Shown here: positions 1-8,244 of the stretch, in pieces | Position numbering within the stretch: position 1 is the first letter of the stretch | Layout: each line of letters starts with the position of its first letter | From: Psychrobacter sp. DM4 | Lineage (GTDB): Bacteria; Pseudomonadota; Gammaproteobacteria; Pseudomonadales; Moraxellaceae | Assembly (NCBI RefSeq): GCF_051307035.1 | Contig: NZ_CP195536.1 | Coordinates: 2,190,001-2,222,000 of the forward strand | DNA length: 32,000 nucleotides | Reading direction: 5' to 3' | Program-made: the position numbers and the translations under genes | Notes under the pieces: model-generated | What the model saw: the letters and a program-made list of their open reading frames with translations, nothing else | What the model was told of the DNA's origin: nothing | Database searches by the model: none

Positions 1-154
1 GGAGCACCGCAAATAGCATCCCTTCGCGGTTAAAAAAGATATAGACATTACGCAGATTAAGCGTTGCGCTATCATTCTTTGGCGCACGCTTCGCAAACCA
101 GCGGGTTGATGCGGTTTTAATTGGTGCAGTTAAGACGCGCGGCAAAAGACTCAT
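1..154 (-). CDS. DUF58-family protein, N-terminal fragment (continues beyond the window)
   Basis: ATG at complement 152-154, 27 nt downstream of the MoxR stop. It translates as MSLLPRVLTAPIKTASTRWFAKRAPKNDSATLNLRNVYIFFNREGMLFAVL. The (R/K)-rich stretch followed by IYIF and a hydrophobic segment is typical of DUF58 N-termini, and moxR-DUF58 is a common operon pairing. Confidence 0.5.
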   Translation of the reverse strand, partial: MSLLPRVLTAPIKTASTRWFAKRAPKNDSATLNLRNVYIFFNREGMLFAVL

Positions 155-181
155 AACCACCTTTATCTAAACGTAAGCGTG

Positions 182-1225
182 CTAAACAATGACTGGCACT
201 GCGGCCATGATGCGTTGCGAGAGGGTTTGCGGCGCTTGTCCACTGATGATATGGGCCGGAACAAAGCGCTGACCGAGCCTATGATCAGTGACGGCAGCAA
301 ATACCGCTTGGATATCTTCAGGTGTGGTTTCGGTATGACCAGACACATAGGCATGTGCTTGTGCGGCGCGTTTAAGGGACAATACACCGCGCGGCGAGAG
401 GCCATGATAGTCTTGACTGCTACGGGTTTTTGCGACCAAACGTTGCAAATAGTCGAGCACCGCATCTGCGACAAATACCTGCTCTACGCCAGCTTTAGCG
501 AGTAGCACCGCCTCGGTATCAAGCACGGCGGCTAAGCTATTAAGAAGCTCGCGACGGTCTTGACCTTGTAGTAACGCTCTCTCTGCTTTTGGAGAGGGGT
601 AACCCAAAGATAAGCACATCAAAAATCGATCCAGCTGTGATTCTGGTAGCGGATAGACGCCCGCTTGTTGTAAAGGGTTTTGTGTTGCAATCACAAAAAA
701 TGGCTTGGGCAACGTATAAGTCTGACCGTCTTGGGTGACTTGACGCTCCTCCATGGCCTCAAGTAGCGCGCTTTGAGTCTTGGGGCTAGAGCGGTTGATC
801 TCATCAGCGAGTAGCAATTGGGTAAAGATAGGACCGGGACGAAACTCAAAGCTGAGTTTGCTTTGATCATAGATGCTCATGCCCAAGATATCGGCAGGGA
901 GCATATCGTTAGTGAACTGGACACGGCTAAAGCTCAAACCGAGTAATTGTGCGAGTCCCTGAGCGAGGGTCGTTTTGCCCATACCGGGCAAATCTTGCAA
1001 TAGCAAATGCCCACCTGCCAGCACGCAACTGAGTGCCAACTTGACCACTTGTGGTTTGTCCAATACCACTTGATTAAGCTGGTTAAGGAGGTGGGCTATG
1101 CGCTGCTGATTGCTAGCATAGTCGGGTATAACTTGATTTGCGGTATCAACGTCTATATTGGAAGTAGTCAAATGAGACCTTGCATTAGAAGTAGTAAACA
1201 GGCGACGGGCATGGCTTTGAGACAT
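182..1225 (-). CDS. MoxR-family AAA+ ATPase
   Basis: 347 aa. Walker A is PGMGKTTLA. Walker B and the MoxR signature are LLLADEINRSSPKTQSALLEAMEERQVT. The VIATQNP and YPLPESQLDRF motifs are characteristic of the AAA_3/MoxR family. Confidence 0.9.
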   Translation of the reverse strand: MSQSHARRLFTTSNARSHLTTSNIDVDTANQVIPDYASNQQRIAHLLNQLNQVVLDKPQVVKLALSCVLAGGHLLLQDLPGMGKTTLAQGLAQLLGLSFSRVQFTNDMLPADILGMSIYDQSKLSFEFRPGPIFTQLLLADEINRSSPKTQSALLEAMEERQVTQDGQTYTLPKPFFVIATQNPLQQAGVYPLPESQLDRFLMCLSLGYPSPKAERALLQGQDRRELLNSLAAVLDTEAVLLAKAGVEQVFVADAVLDYLQRLVAKTRSSQDYHGLSPRGVLSLKRAAQAHAYVSGHTETTPEDIQAVFAAVTDHRLGQRFVPAHIISGQAPQTLSQRIMAAVPVIV

Positions 1226-1351
1226 AGGGGATAATCAGCTTTATTATGAGGATATTTTTATAGCACTTTATTCATTGGAATAGAACAAGCGTCCTATGTT
1301 TTATCATACATTTATTTGATTTTGTAGCAATAATTGAGCCACATATACAAG

Positions 1352-1891
1352 CTATCCAAAATCTGCAGCAGGTTTATGCTCTGCGCCCTCTAGCACGTCA
1401 ACCGCATCGTTAGCGGGTTGCTCAACATTGTCATCGTCCTCGCTCGGAGTAGCTTTGTTTGCATCCGCGCGTAGGGTTGAGACATAAGCAATCACATCAG
1501 CGCGCTCCTTGCTATCTGGCATCGGATCAGCAAGCATTTTGGAGCCAGGCATCGCCTTTTCCGCATCAGCGATATAGGGATCTAAAGTGTCCGCATCCCA
1601 TATCCAGCCCGATACACTTAGCGCTTCACTATAATCATAATCTGATAGCTGCGCCGCCTTTGCACCATAAACATTCATAAGCTGCGGGCCTTTTTTGTTC
1701 AGACCTGGGGTCAGCTGATGGCACTGGGCGCAAGCGTCTTTGTATATCAGCGCACCTGCGACCGCGTCTCCTTTGGTATATAGCGGTAAAGTCACAGGTG
1801 CGCGCGAATCTGCAGGCGGCGTAGGCTCACAGCCGGCGAGTACTAACAGGGCAAGAATAGCCACGCCGAATTGGTGTATAGCAAAAGGCAT
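1352..1891 (-). CDS. class I c-type cytochrome, probable lipoprotein
   Basis: Signal peptide with lipobox LLVLAGC. Heme-binding CAQCH motif. Distal PGSKM axial-Met region, and GPQL..VYG spacing like cytochrome c2/c552. Acidic C-terminal tail. Confidence 0.85.
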   Translation of the reverse strand: MPFAIHQFGVAILALLVLAGCEPTPPADSRAPVTLPLYTKGDAVAGALIYKDACAQCHQLTPGLNKKGPQLMNVYGAKAAQLSDYDYSEALSVSGWIWDADTLDPYIADAEKAMPGSKMLADPMPDSKERADVIAYVSTLRADANKATPSEDDDNVEQPANDAVDVLEGAEHKPAADFG

Positions 1892-1948
1892 TATTTATAA
1901 TCTTTAAGTAGAGGGCTATAGATAAGTAGAGTGACTGGCATGAATCAC

Positions 1949-1978
1949 TATACCTGATACAAATTATACCTAATACAA
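1949..1978. repeat. tandem direct repeat TATACCT(G/A)ATACAA x2 with 16-bp period, upstream of the cytochrome c gene
   Basis: Copies at 1949-1962 and 1965-1978 match at 13 of 14 positions. They lie 58-87 nt upstream of the cytochrome c start codon (1891, minus strand). Confidence 0.5.
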
Positions 1979-2052
1979 CAAGCCACAACCTGTACAAATG
2001 GTAAACGCTTAGTTGATATACGATAAGAGACAGGAGCGGGCAAAAGATAAGG

Positions 2053-4155
2053 CTATGACGGACTAGTAGTTTCAATGGTCTCTTTAGGCTCTTGTAGGTA
2101 GTAGCCTTGCAAATAGCGCGCACCAACACTCCAAGCCACGGACATCGTTGCCGCGTCTTCGATATAGGGCATTAAGACTTCTACATTGAGCTGATTGGTA
2201 CTAGTCACCAAGGCTTTTAGCGTCTCAAAGTTATCTGCCTTATCGATATCTTGCACGTAAGTATGCGCTAGACGCACCGTATCAGGCTTGATCATATTGG
2301 CAACTTCTAAGGATTTGGTAGAAGAGCCAAAATTATGCACGCCAACCTGACAGCTTGCCTGACTAAGCGCTGAAAATTGCGACTTAGCGATAATGAGATG
2401 ATCAACGATGTCTTTTTCATTAAATTGAAGCGTCAAAACATTTGAGACACCGCCAACCGCATTGATCAATTGACGAGCGACATTAGGTAAATTTTTGTCG
2501 ATGAGCGATGCGCTAGTGAGTTGCACAAGCAAACGCGCTTCTGGATGCGTTTTGCGCACGGCGCTGATTTTTTTACAGGCATTAATGAGTACCCAGCGAT
2601 CTATTTTTTCACGCAAACGATGCGCTTTGGCAACCGTCATAAATTGATCAGGCGTCAGTACCGTATTATCAGCATCTTGTAACGGCAAACGCAGATAAAC
2701 CTCATAGAAATCACTGCGATCATTAGTGATGTCGTATATCGGCTGAAACAGTAGCTCAAAGCGGTTGTTGGCAATGGCATCAACGAGTGTCTCTGCAAGG
2801 GCATTATCATCACTATTGGCATGCTCACTTGGATCATACAGATGATAAGTATTACCCTGATTGCTCGTCTCTATCATAATATGAGTGATAGCATCTATCG
2901 CACGCTCAAGTAGTACTTGCGGCTCAGCTGCACCCTGCTCTATTTTGACGATACCCGTACTGACCGTAGTATGGGTCGTGTGATTGTCCACCTCAATCAG
3001 CATCTCACTGATATGCACACCGATACGCTCGGCAAGTGCGATCAACTCTTGAGCTGATTTGCTAGTTGTTAACAGCGCAAATGAGGTATCACTAAAGCGG
3101 CTAATATAGTCCTGCGGCGCAATCTCACCAAGAGCCTTTGCCACTTGCTGAACGGTGATATCGACGCCTTGCAAGCCCAAGCTGCTTCTAATTTTGCCTA
3201 TACTATCCAGTTGAATATAAAGCAGACCTGCTACCGCCTTGCCTTGTATGGCTTGTTCACGTATTGCTAACAGCTGCTCCTCAAAGCCGCGGCGATTATT
3301 CAGTCCCGTCAGACTATCTTTGCGCTCGGCCACCGCCAAACGTTTGGCAATCTCGGCGCTATTATGGCTGTTTTGCTGAATAATAATTTGTGTGACAGGT
3401 TCGGCGTCTAGCGTTGCGGTTGCCAGTTGTAATTTGGCCTTAAACGTTGTGCCATCAACCCGCAAACTATCAAAGTTAAACTCAACCTGCGTGCGATCAC
3501 CTTTATCAAATTGCTTTAAGAACTGCTTAAAACCTTTGACATTATCAGTACCTGCAATCAGATCAATGACAGGAACACCGATGACGTCGTCCATAGCCTC
3601 AAAGCCAAACATTTTAAGATAAGGGTCATTGGCAAAAATATGTATACCCTGATCTAAATAAGCGACAGCACTTTTGGAGTTTTTAATCAGGATATTAGCG
3701 CGCTGTTCGGCCTCTGATAGGACATGACGCAGGGTTTTTAGTTGACGGCGACTGCGTAAACTATCGTGTTGCAAGCAAATAGCCATAAGTACAGGAATGT
3801 CTTTATCCGTATACAGAGACTTTACCATCGTACTATCGATGACTGTTGGCAGGTGTTGGGTATTACTATTTTGCGGGCTAGCAGTAGGATTGGTTTTCCC
3901 TAGCAGCGATATTGTCGGTAGATCGATACTACGCTCTTGGATGATACCTACTACATCAGTAAAGCTCATATCATAAGCATTACCAAATACCAAAACGTCC
4001 CACTGCTGGCGCAAAGATTTTAGCAGCTCTTCTTTGTCATCTAAGAACCCTAGATTGACCTCATCATAATAGGCTCCTAAGAGCTGAACTATATGCTCTG
4101 CATAGAGCTGATCATCATCAACGAATAGTAGATTAAGAATAGAGGGAGTACGCAT
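2053..4155 (-). CDS. FimX-like c-di-GMP signalling protein: pseudo-receiver, PAS, degenerate GGDEF, degenerate EAL
   Basis: 700 aa. The N-terminal REC-like fold (LLFVDDD..DVLVFGN) lacks the expected acceptor Asp. A PAS region follows (AVAYLDQGIHIFANDPYLKMFGF). The GGDEF domain starts DSLTGLNNRRGFEEQL, but the active-site motif is RFSDTSF rather than GGDEF. The EAL domain (FELLFQPIYD .. YLQGYYLQEP) has substitutions at metal and catalytic positions: NLS to QLT, ExxE to QFNE, DDFG to HNFG. Confidence 0.85.
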   Translation of the reverse strand: MRTPSILNLLFVDDDQLYAEHIVQLLGAYYDEVNLGFLDDKEELLKSLRQQWDVLVFGNAYDMSFTDVVGIIQERSIDLPTISLLGKTNPTASPQNSNTQHLPTVIDSTMVKSLYTDKDIPVLMAICLQHDSLRSRRQLKTLRHVLSEAEQRANILIKNSKSAVAYLDQGIHIFANDPYLKMFGFEAMDDVIGVPVIDLIAGTDNVKGFKQFLKQFDKGDRTQVEFNFDSLRVDGTTFKAKLQLATATLDAEPVTQIIIQQNSHNSAEIAKRLAVAERKDSLTGLNNRRGFEEQLLAIREQAIQGKAVAGLLYIQLDSIGKIRSSLGLQGVDITVQQVAKALGEIAPQDYISRFSDTSFALLTTSKSAQELIALAERIGVHISEMLIEVDNHTTHTTVSTGIVKIEQGAAEPQVLLERAIDAITHIMIETSNQGNTYHLYDPSEHANSDDNALAETLVDAIANNRFELLFQPIYDITNDRSDFYEVYLRLPLQDADNTVLTPDQFMTVAKAHRLREKIDRWVLINACKKISAVRKTHPEARLLVQLTSASLIDKNLPNVARQLINAVGGVSNVLTLQFNEKDIVDHLIIAKSQFSALSQASCQVGVHNFGSSTKSLEVANMIKPDTVRLAHTYVQDIDKADNFETLKALVTSTNQLNVEVLMPYIEDAATMSVAWSVGARYLQGYYLQEPKETIETTSPS

Positions 4156-4329
4156 AAGCCGCCTTTTATTATGTTATGTCTTAGAACGCTCTATTAAGTA
4201 TAAAACTAGAGTACAAGCATCTGTGAACTTAAGCAATAATTTAGTCAGTTATGGCTTGACATGCACTTATAATAAAATTAGTAGTAAATGTACTCAAACA
4301 TAGACTACTAGGTTAAATGAAAATAAAAC

Positions 4330-6156
4330 TTAGATATATACTGCCTCAAACTGGCTAAATTCTTCTGTAGTGAGCAGTTTACGTTGCAAGCGTAAAGACT
4401 GCTGCTTATCATTAATACAGACCATTACTCTATCATTCACTTTCCAATTGTGCGTCGGTAATAACAAGCTAAAATTCGTCTGTAGCCCAGTGTCACTGCC
4501 GATAATCAGTGCAGGAATGAGATGCTGATTACGAGCCCCTCTATCAATCAGGCGTAGCGCGCATGCACTAAATTTATGACCAAGTATTTGCCATTCTATC
4601 TCTTGGTTGGTGCCCGATAAACTACCGCCCTGCCGGTTTTGTTGGTCGATATTGACCCAGCGTACTACGCCTATAGAACGATCAGTGTTGTCGCCGTTTT
4701 TGTCAGTTCGGCATAACAAAAATAGATTCATAAGTTTGAGTACTGGCGGCGCTGTACTGCTGACACTATCGTAAATGGCATTTGAAAAACCAGTATCGCC
4801 TTTGAGGTCGGTCGCATCCTCTTTATTCAGCCATGCATTGTCTGTTTGCTGATTTGAAAAGTCAGCCAAATTCGGTAATAGGTGTAGGGTTCTAAACGGT
4901 GATTCCGAATCGACGCTAGAAAAAGTCTCAACTGGTATGCTACGTTTATTTGAGGACTCGGTTGGCTGAGTATCATAGCGGGGTCGCCACTCAAGCGGGA
5001 TTTTTTGCAGCGCAATTAAACTCATAAGGCTTTTTTTACCTGCAGCATTGTAGTGAATAGTATTGAATCCGGTGATAATAGTCGCGCGCTGCTTAGAACT
5101 TGATGTGCTAATAGACGCATACTTTTGCTGAATGTAGCGATACGAGCGATACGATAACATCGACCACACTTTATCCATCAAAAACTGAATAGCCATCTCG
5201 CTACCATCGGTAGCTAAAAAGGGACGACGCGATTGTAAGTATGTTGCTAATGGTGCCAGCTCAATAAATACACAGTCATGTTCTTTTTTATACGGGTTGA
5301 TTCTAGAGTGTCCCGTGAGATAGGTCGGCGGATAGTCACTGTGCAAGTCTACAAATACCCGAGTTTTGGTCTCAGGATTAGTACCTGCAACGACATGATT
5401 TGACCACTCCGGCAACAGCCGCTGAAGCAGTAAAATATCAGCGCGAGACAAGGAGCGTACGTTTAGTAAGCTATGAAGGCATATCTGCACATAAAGCTTG
5501 TGAATAGTATCAGCATGACGAGTAACGACTTCAGCACTTAGATCTACATGAGTCAAATTATACTGCTCAGCGGTGTAGTATAGCTGATTGATACCCAGCC
5601 AGATATTGGCAGGTAAATACTGATAGCAGATCGCTTTTTGTGCCAACAGCCTTTGATAAAGCGCTAAGGAGTGATAGATTGCTATCGATAACGGCGATAC
5701 TATCGGCGCTTTAGCATGTGTAAAATACCGTATCCAACCACTTTTGGGTCGAATAAGCGCTTGACTATCGCGCTCTAAATGACGTTGTATAACGCCGTCA
5801 TAAACTAAAATTGCGGCGTAATATAACGATTCAACTTGAGACACATATCTCATCTGATGTGCTTTAAAAGCCTCCATCTCATAGATATAGTGCTTGCGCA
5901 GATCAACGATAAGCTTGTCAGTCGCGCTCATGACGATAGATGCTAGGGTGAGACGTTCATCATCATCTAAATCAGAGGCGGCCAGATCAGCAAATACTTC
6001 TTCTAATTGATGAGCCTGCTCGTTTTGGGTTTGCGAAGACAGATGCAAGGTCCATTCGCGCAGCTGCTGCTCTTGACCATGCACGTACTGGCGCGATGAT
6101 TGTGGCAGTAAACTTTTATTTGATAGATATTTCTGAAACGCTGACAAAGTGGCCAT
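4330..6156 (-). CDS. hypothetical protein, 608 aa (helical N-terminal two-thirds, beta-rich C-terminal ~110 aa)
   Basis: Long uninterrupted ORF with a strong RBS (AAAGGAG 6 nt before the ATG). It is co-oriented with, and 174 nt upstream of, the FimX-like gene. I recognise no catalytic motif. Canonical PilZ RxxxR and D/NxSxxG motifs are not evident. Confidence 0.6.
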   Translation of the reverse strand: MATLSAFQKYLSNKSLLPQSSRQYVHGQEQQLREWTLHLSSQTQNEQAHQLEEVFADLAASDLDDDERLTLASIVMSATDKLIVDLRKHYIYEMEAFKAHQMRYVSQVESLYYAAILVYDGVIQRHLERDSQALIRPKSGWIRYFTHAKAPIVSPLSIAIYHSLALYQRLLAQKAICYQYLPANIWLGINQLYYTAEQYNLTHVDLSAEVVTRHADTIHKLYVQICLHSLLNVRSLSRADILLLQRLLPEWSNHVVAGTNPETKTRVFVDLHSDYPPTYLTGHSRINPYKKEHDCVFIELAPLATYLQSRRPFLATDGSEMAIQFLMDKVWSMLSYRSYRYIQQKYASISTSSSKQRATIITGFNTIHYNAAGKKSLMSLIALQKIPLEWRPRYDTQPTESSNKRSIPVETFSSVDSESPFRTLHLLPNLADFSNQQTDNAWLNKEDATDLKGDTGFSNAIYDSVSSTAPPVLKLMNLFLLCRTDKNGDNTDRSIGVVRWVNIDQQNRQGGSLSGTNQEIEWQILGHKFSACALRLIDRGARNQHLIPALIIGSDTGLQTNFSLLLPTHNWKVNDRVMVCINDKQQSLRLQRKLLTTEEFSQFEAVYI

Positions 6157-6194
6157 AGAAACTCCTTTATAGATATACCAGAGTAACTTTATAT

Positions 6195-6244
6195 AGTGTC
6201 AATATGTATATTTACATAGTCATATAAATATACATATTGACACT
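6195..6244. promoter_or_regulatory. perfect 20-bp inverted repeat with a 10-nt spacer; candidate operator or RNA hairpin upstream of the 608-aa gene
   Basis: AGTGTCAATATGTATATTTA (6195-6214) is the exact reverse complement of TAAATATACATATTGACACT (6225-6244). It lies 39-88 nt upstream of the start at 6156 and about 130 nt downstream of the epmB stop. No U-run follows on either strand. Confidence 0.6.
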
Positions 6245-6376
6245 CACTGATATATAAAAGTATCAACGGCATTTTATTATAGATAAACTAGACAAGGTAT
6301 GCTTGAGGTCTCAAAATTACTTGTTCATCAAGTACCAAATTCTCTTTCACAATTTAAACATACCATAGTGCCGACT

Positions 6377-7384
6377 TTAGTTAGTCTCGTAAATGTCAAC
6401 GGGCACCTTAAAAGGTCTGTTCGGCAACTCTCTTACGAGCTTGGGAACCAGATATCCTGGTAATTTTGCAAGCATTGACCAGTAAAGTTCTATATTCGAC
6501 CGTTCATCGAGATCAAAGTGTGCCGCTCCTGCAACCTTATCGAGCATGTGCAAGTAATAAGGCAATACGCCTGCGGTAAATAAGCGTAAACTTAAATTCA
6601 CTTGAGTATCGACATCATCGTTAATACCAGACAACAGAACGGTTTGATTTAGCAGTGTAATATTGGCGGCACGGGCGCGCTTGAGATACGACAAAGTATG
6701 CTCATCAATCTCATTGGCATGATTGCAATGAATGACCATGACAAGGTGACAGCGACTTTTGGCGAGTTTTTCTAATAGCTCGTTATCTAGTCGTTCAGGG
6801 ATGACAAGCGGTAATCGAGTATGCAAGCGAATAGTCGTCAATTGTTCGATAGACTCTAGCGTATCTAGCCAAGCAAACAGCCGTCGATTGCTAATACTCA
6901 GTGGATCGCCGCCACTTAATATAACCTCGTTGACCTCAGGATGTTCATTGATATAAGTGATGATATCTTTTTGTACCGCACTGGTGGGCAGATTAGCATT
7001 GTAATCAAAGTGCTGGCGAAAGCAGTAACGACAATGAATAGCGCACGCGCCTGTAACCGTCAGTAGTACTCTAGACTCATACTTATGTAGCATACCCTGA
7101 ATAGGGTTTTGCTCGTTTTCAGCGAGTGGATCAGATACATACCCTGTCACTGCGATCTGTTCTTGCTTGTCAGGTAGGACTTGTCTGAGTAGCGGGTCAT
7201 TAGCGTCCCCTACCCTCATTTTTGCGACAAAAGCGCGCGGTACTCGCAGCTTAAAATGCTCTGGGATATAGACTTGGGTTTTTAGGGATTCAAGGCCTAG
7301 TAGGGCTAATAGCTCATCGATAGAGCTGATGGCTTCGGATAATTGTGTTTGCCAGTTTTTTTGTGTGATTAAATGGTTTATCAT
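6377..7384 (-). CDS. epmB: EF-P beta-lysylation protein EpmB (lysine 2,3-aminomutase-like radical SAM enzyme)
   Basis: Radical-SAM CxxxCxxC motif (CAIHCRYCFRQ). KamA/YjeK-like sequence throughout. Divergent from efp, as in many gammaproteobacteria. The start at 7384 (MINHL, preceded by AGGTG) is preferred; an upstream ATG at 7402 is also possible. Confidence 0.9.
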   Translation of the reverse strand: MINHLITQKNWQTQLSEAISSIDELLALLGLESLKTQVYIPEHFKLRVPRAFVAKMRVGDANDPLLRQVLPDKQEQIAVTGYVSDPLAENEQNPIQGMLHKYESRVLLTVTGACAIHCRYCFRQHFDYNANLPTSAVQKDIITYINEHPEVNEVILSGGDPLSISNRRLFAWLDTLESIEQLTTIRLHTRLPLVIPERLDNELLEKLAKSRCHLVMVIHCNHANEIDEHTLSYLKRARAANITLLNQTVLLSGINDDVDTQVNLSLRLFTAGVLPYYLHMLDKVAGAAHFDLDERSNIELYWSMLAKLPGYLVPKLVRELPNRPFKVPVDIYETN

Positions 7385-7550
7385 GACAACACCTATGCCC
7401 AAAAGGCGATATTATACGCTGATAATAGGTACCCTATCAAAATATAGACCAATTCTACTCTTAGCATTCAGCTTACCTTTTCAATAAAATGAAATAGTAT
7501 AGCTCCTCATCTGCAAAATTTTAAATAATGACAACCCTTAGGAGTCTCTT

Positions 7551-8123
7551 GTGGCAAGTTTTTCTACCAATGAATTTAAAGCCGGTCTAAAAGTCATGCT
7601 AGATGGCAATCCATGTTCTATTATGGAAAATGAGTTTGTAAAACCGGGTAAAGGACAGGCTTTTAACCGCGTCAAATTACGCAATCTGCGTAGCGGTAAG
7701 GTATTAGAGCAAACCTTTAAATCTGGTGATAGCTTAGAGGCGGCGGACGTCATCGATACTGATATGGACTATCTGTACAACGATGGTGAGTTTTGGCATT
7801 TTATGGACTCAGAAACCTTTGAGCAAATTCAAGCGGATAAAACAGCCATTGGTACTGCGGACAAATGGCTAAAAGATAACAGCAACGCGTCTTGCGTGAT
7901 TACCTTGTTCAATGGTGTACCATTAACCATTACCCCGCCCAATTTTGTAGAATTACAGATAACTGAAACGGATCCTGGGGTTCGCGGTGATACTTCAGGT
8001 GGCGGCGGTAAGCCTGCAACGCTTGAAACTGGCGCTGTGGTTCGTGTGCCTTTATTTGTGCAACAGGGCGAAGTAGTACGAGTAGACACTCGTACTGGCG
8101 ATTATCAAACCCGTGTAAGTTAA
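7551..8123 (+). CDS. efp: translation elongation factor P
   Basis: 190 aa. GTG start preceded by a GGAG RBS. Conserved [20 protein letters not shown] loop containing the modifiable Lys (KPGKG). Full-length match to the EF-P pattern. Confidence 0.95.
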   Translation: MASFSTNEFKAGLKVMLDGNPCSIMENEFVKPGKGQAFNRVKLRNLRSGKVLEQTFKSGDSLEAADVIDTDMDYLYNDGEFWHFMDSETFEQIQADKTAIGTADKWLKDNSNASCVITLFNGVPLTITPPNFVELQITETDPGVRGDTSGGGGKPATLETGAVVRVPLFVQQGEVVRVDTRTGDYQTRVS

Positions 8124-8183
8124 TAGTTATAGAACTATAAATACTTTTAAGCAAATAATTTCAAATCATAGCATCAAAACCCA

Positions 8184-8218
8184 AAAAGCTTAGTCATCAA
8201 TTAAATGACTAAGCTTTT
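8184..8218. terminator. bidirectional rho-independent terminator between efp and the histidine kinase gene
   Basis: Perfect 14-bp stem AAAAGCTTAGTCAT / ATGACTAAGCTTTT with a 7-nt loop. A/T runs on both sides give U-tracts on either strand. Confidence 0.75.
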
Positions 8219-8244
8219 GTGGTTGTAGATATAGATCCTTATGA

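Noticed and set aside
163-1234. ORF-track entries 163-474(-), 179-505(+) and 1007-1234(+), which overlap the MoxR gene
   Set aside because: They are antisense or off-frame shadows inside a well-supported MoxR CDS. They have no motifs and no independent signals.
1827-2129. 100-aa ORF spanning the gap between the cytochrome c gene and the FimX-like gene
   Set aside because: It overlaps the ends of both neighbouring genes, has an odd Leu/Ile/Tyr-rich composition and has no RBS. It is most likely intergenic noise.
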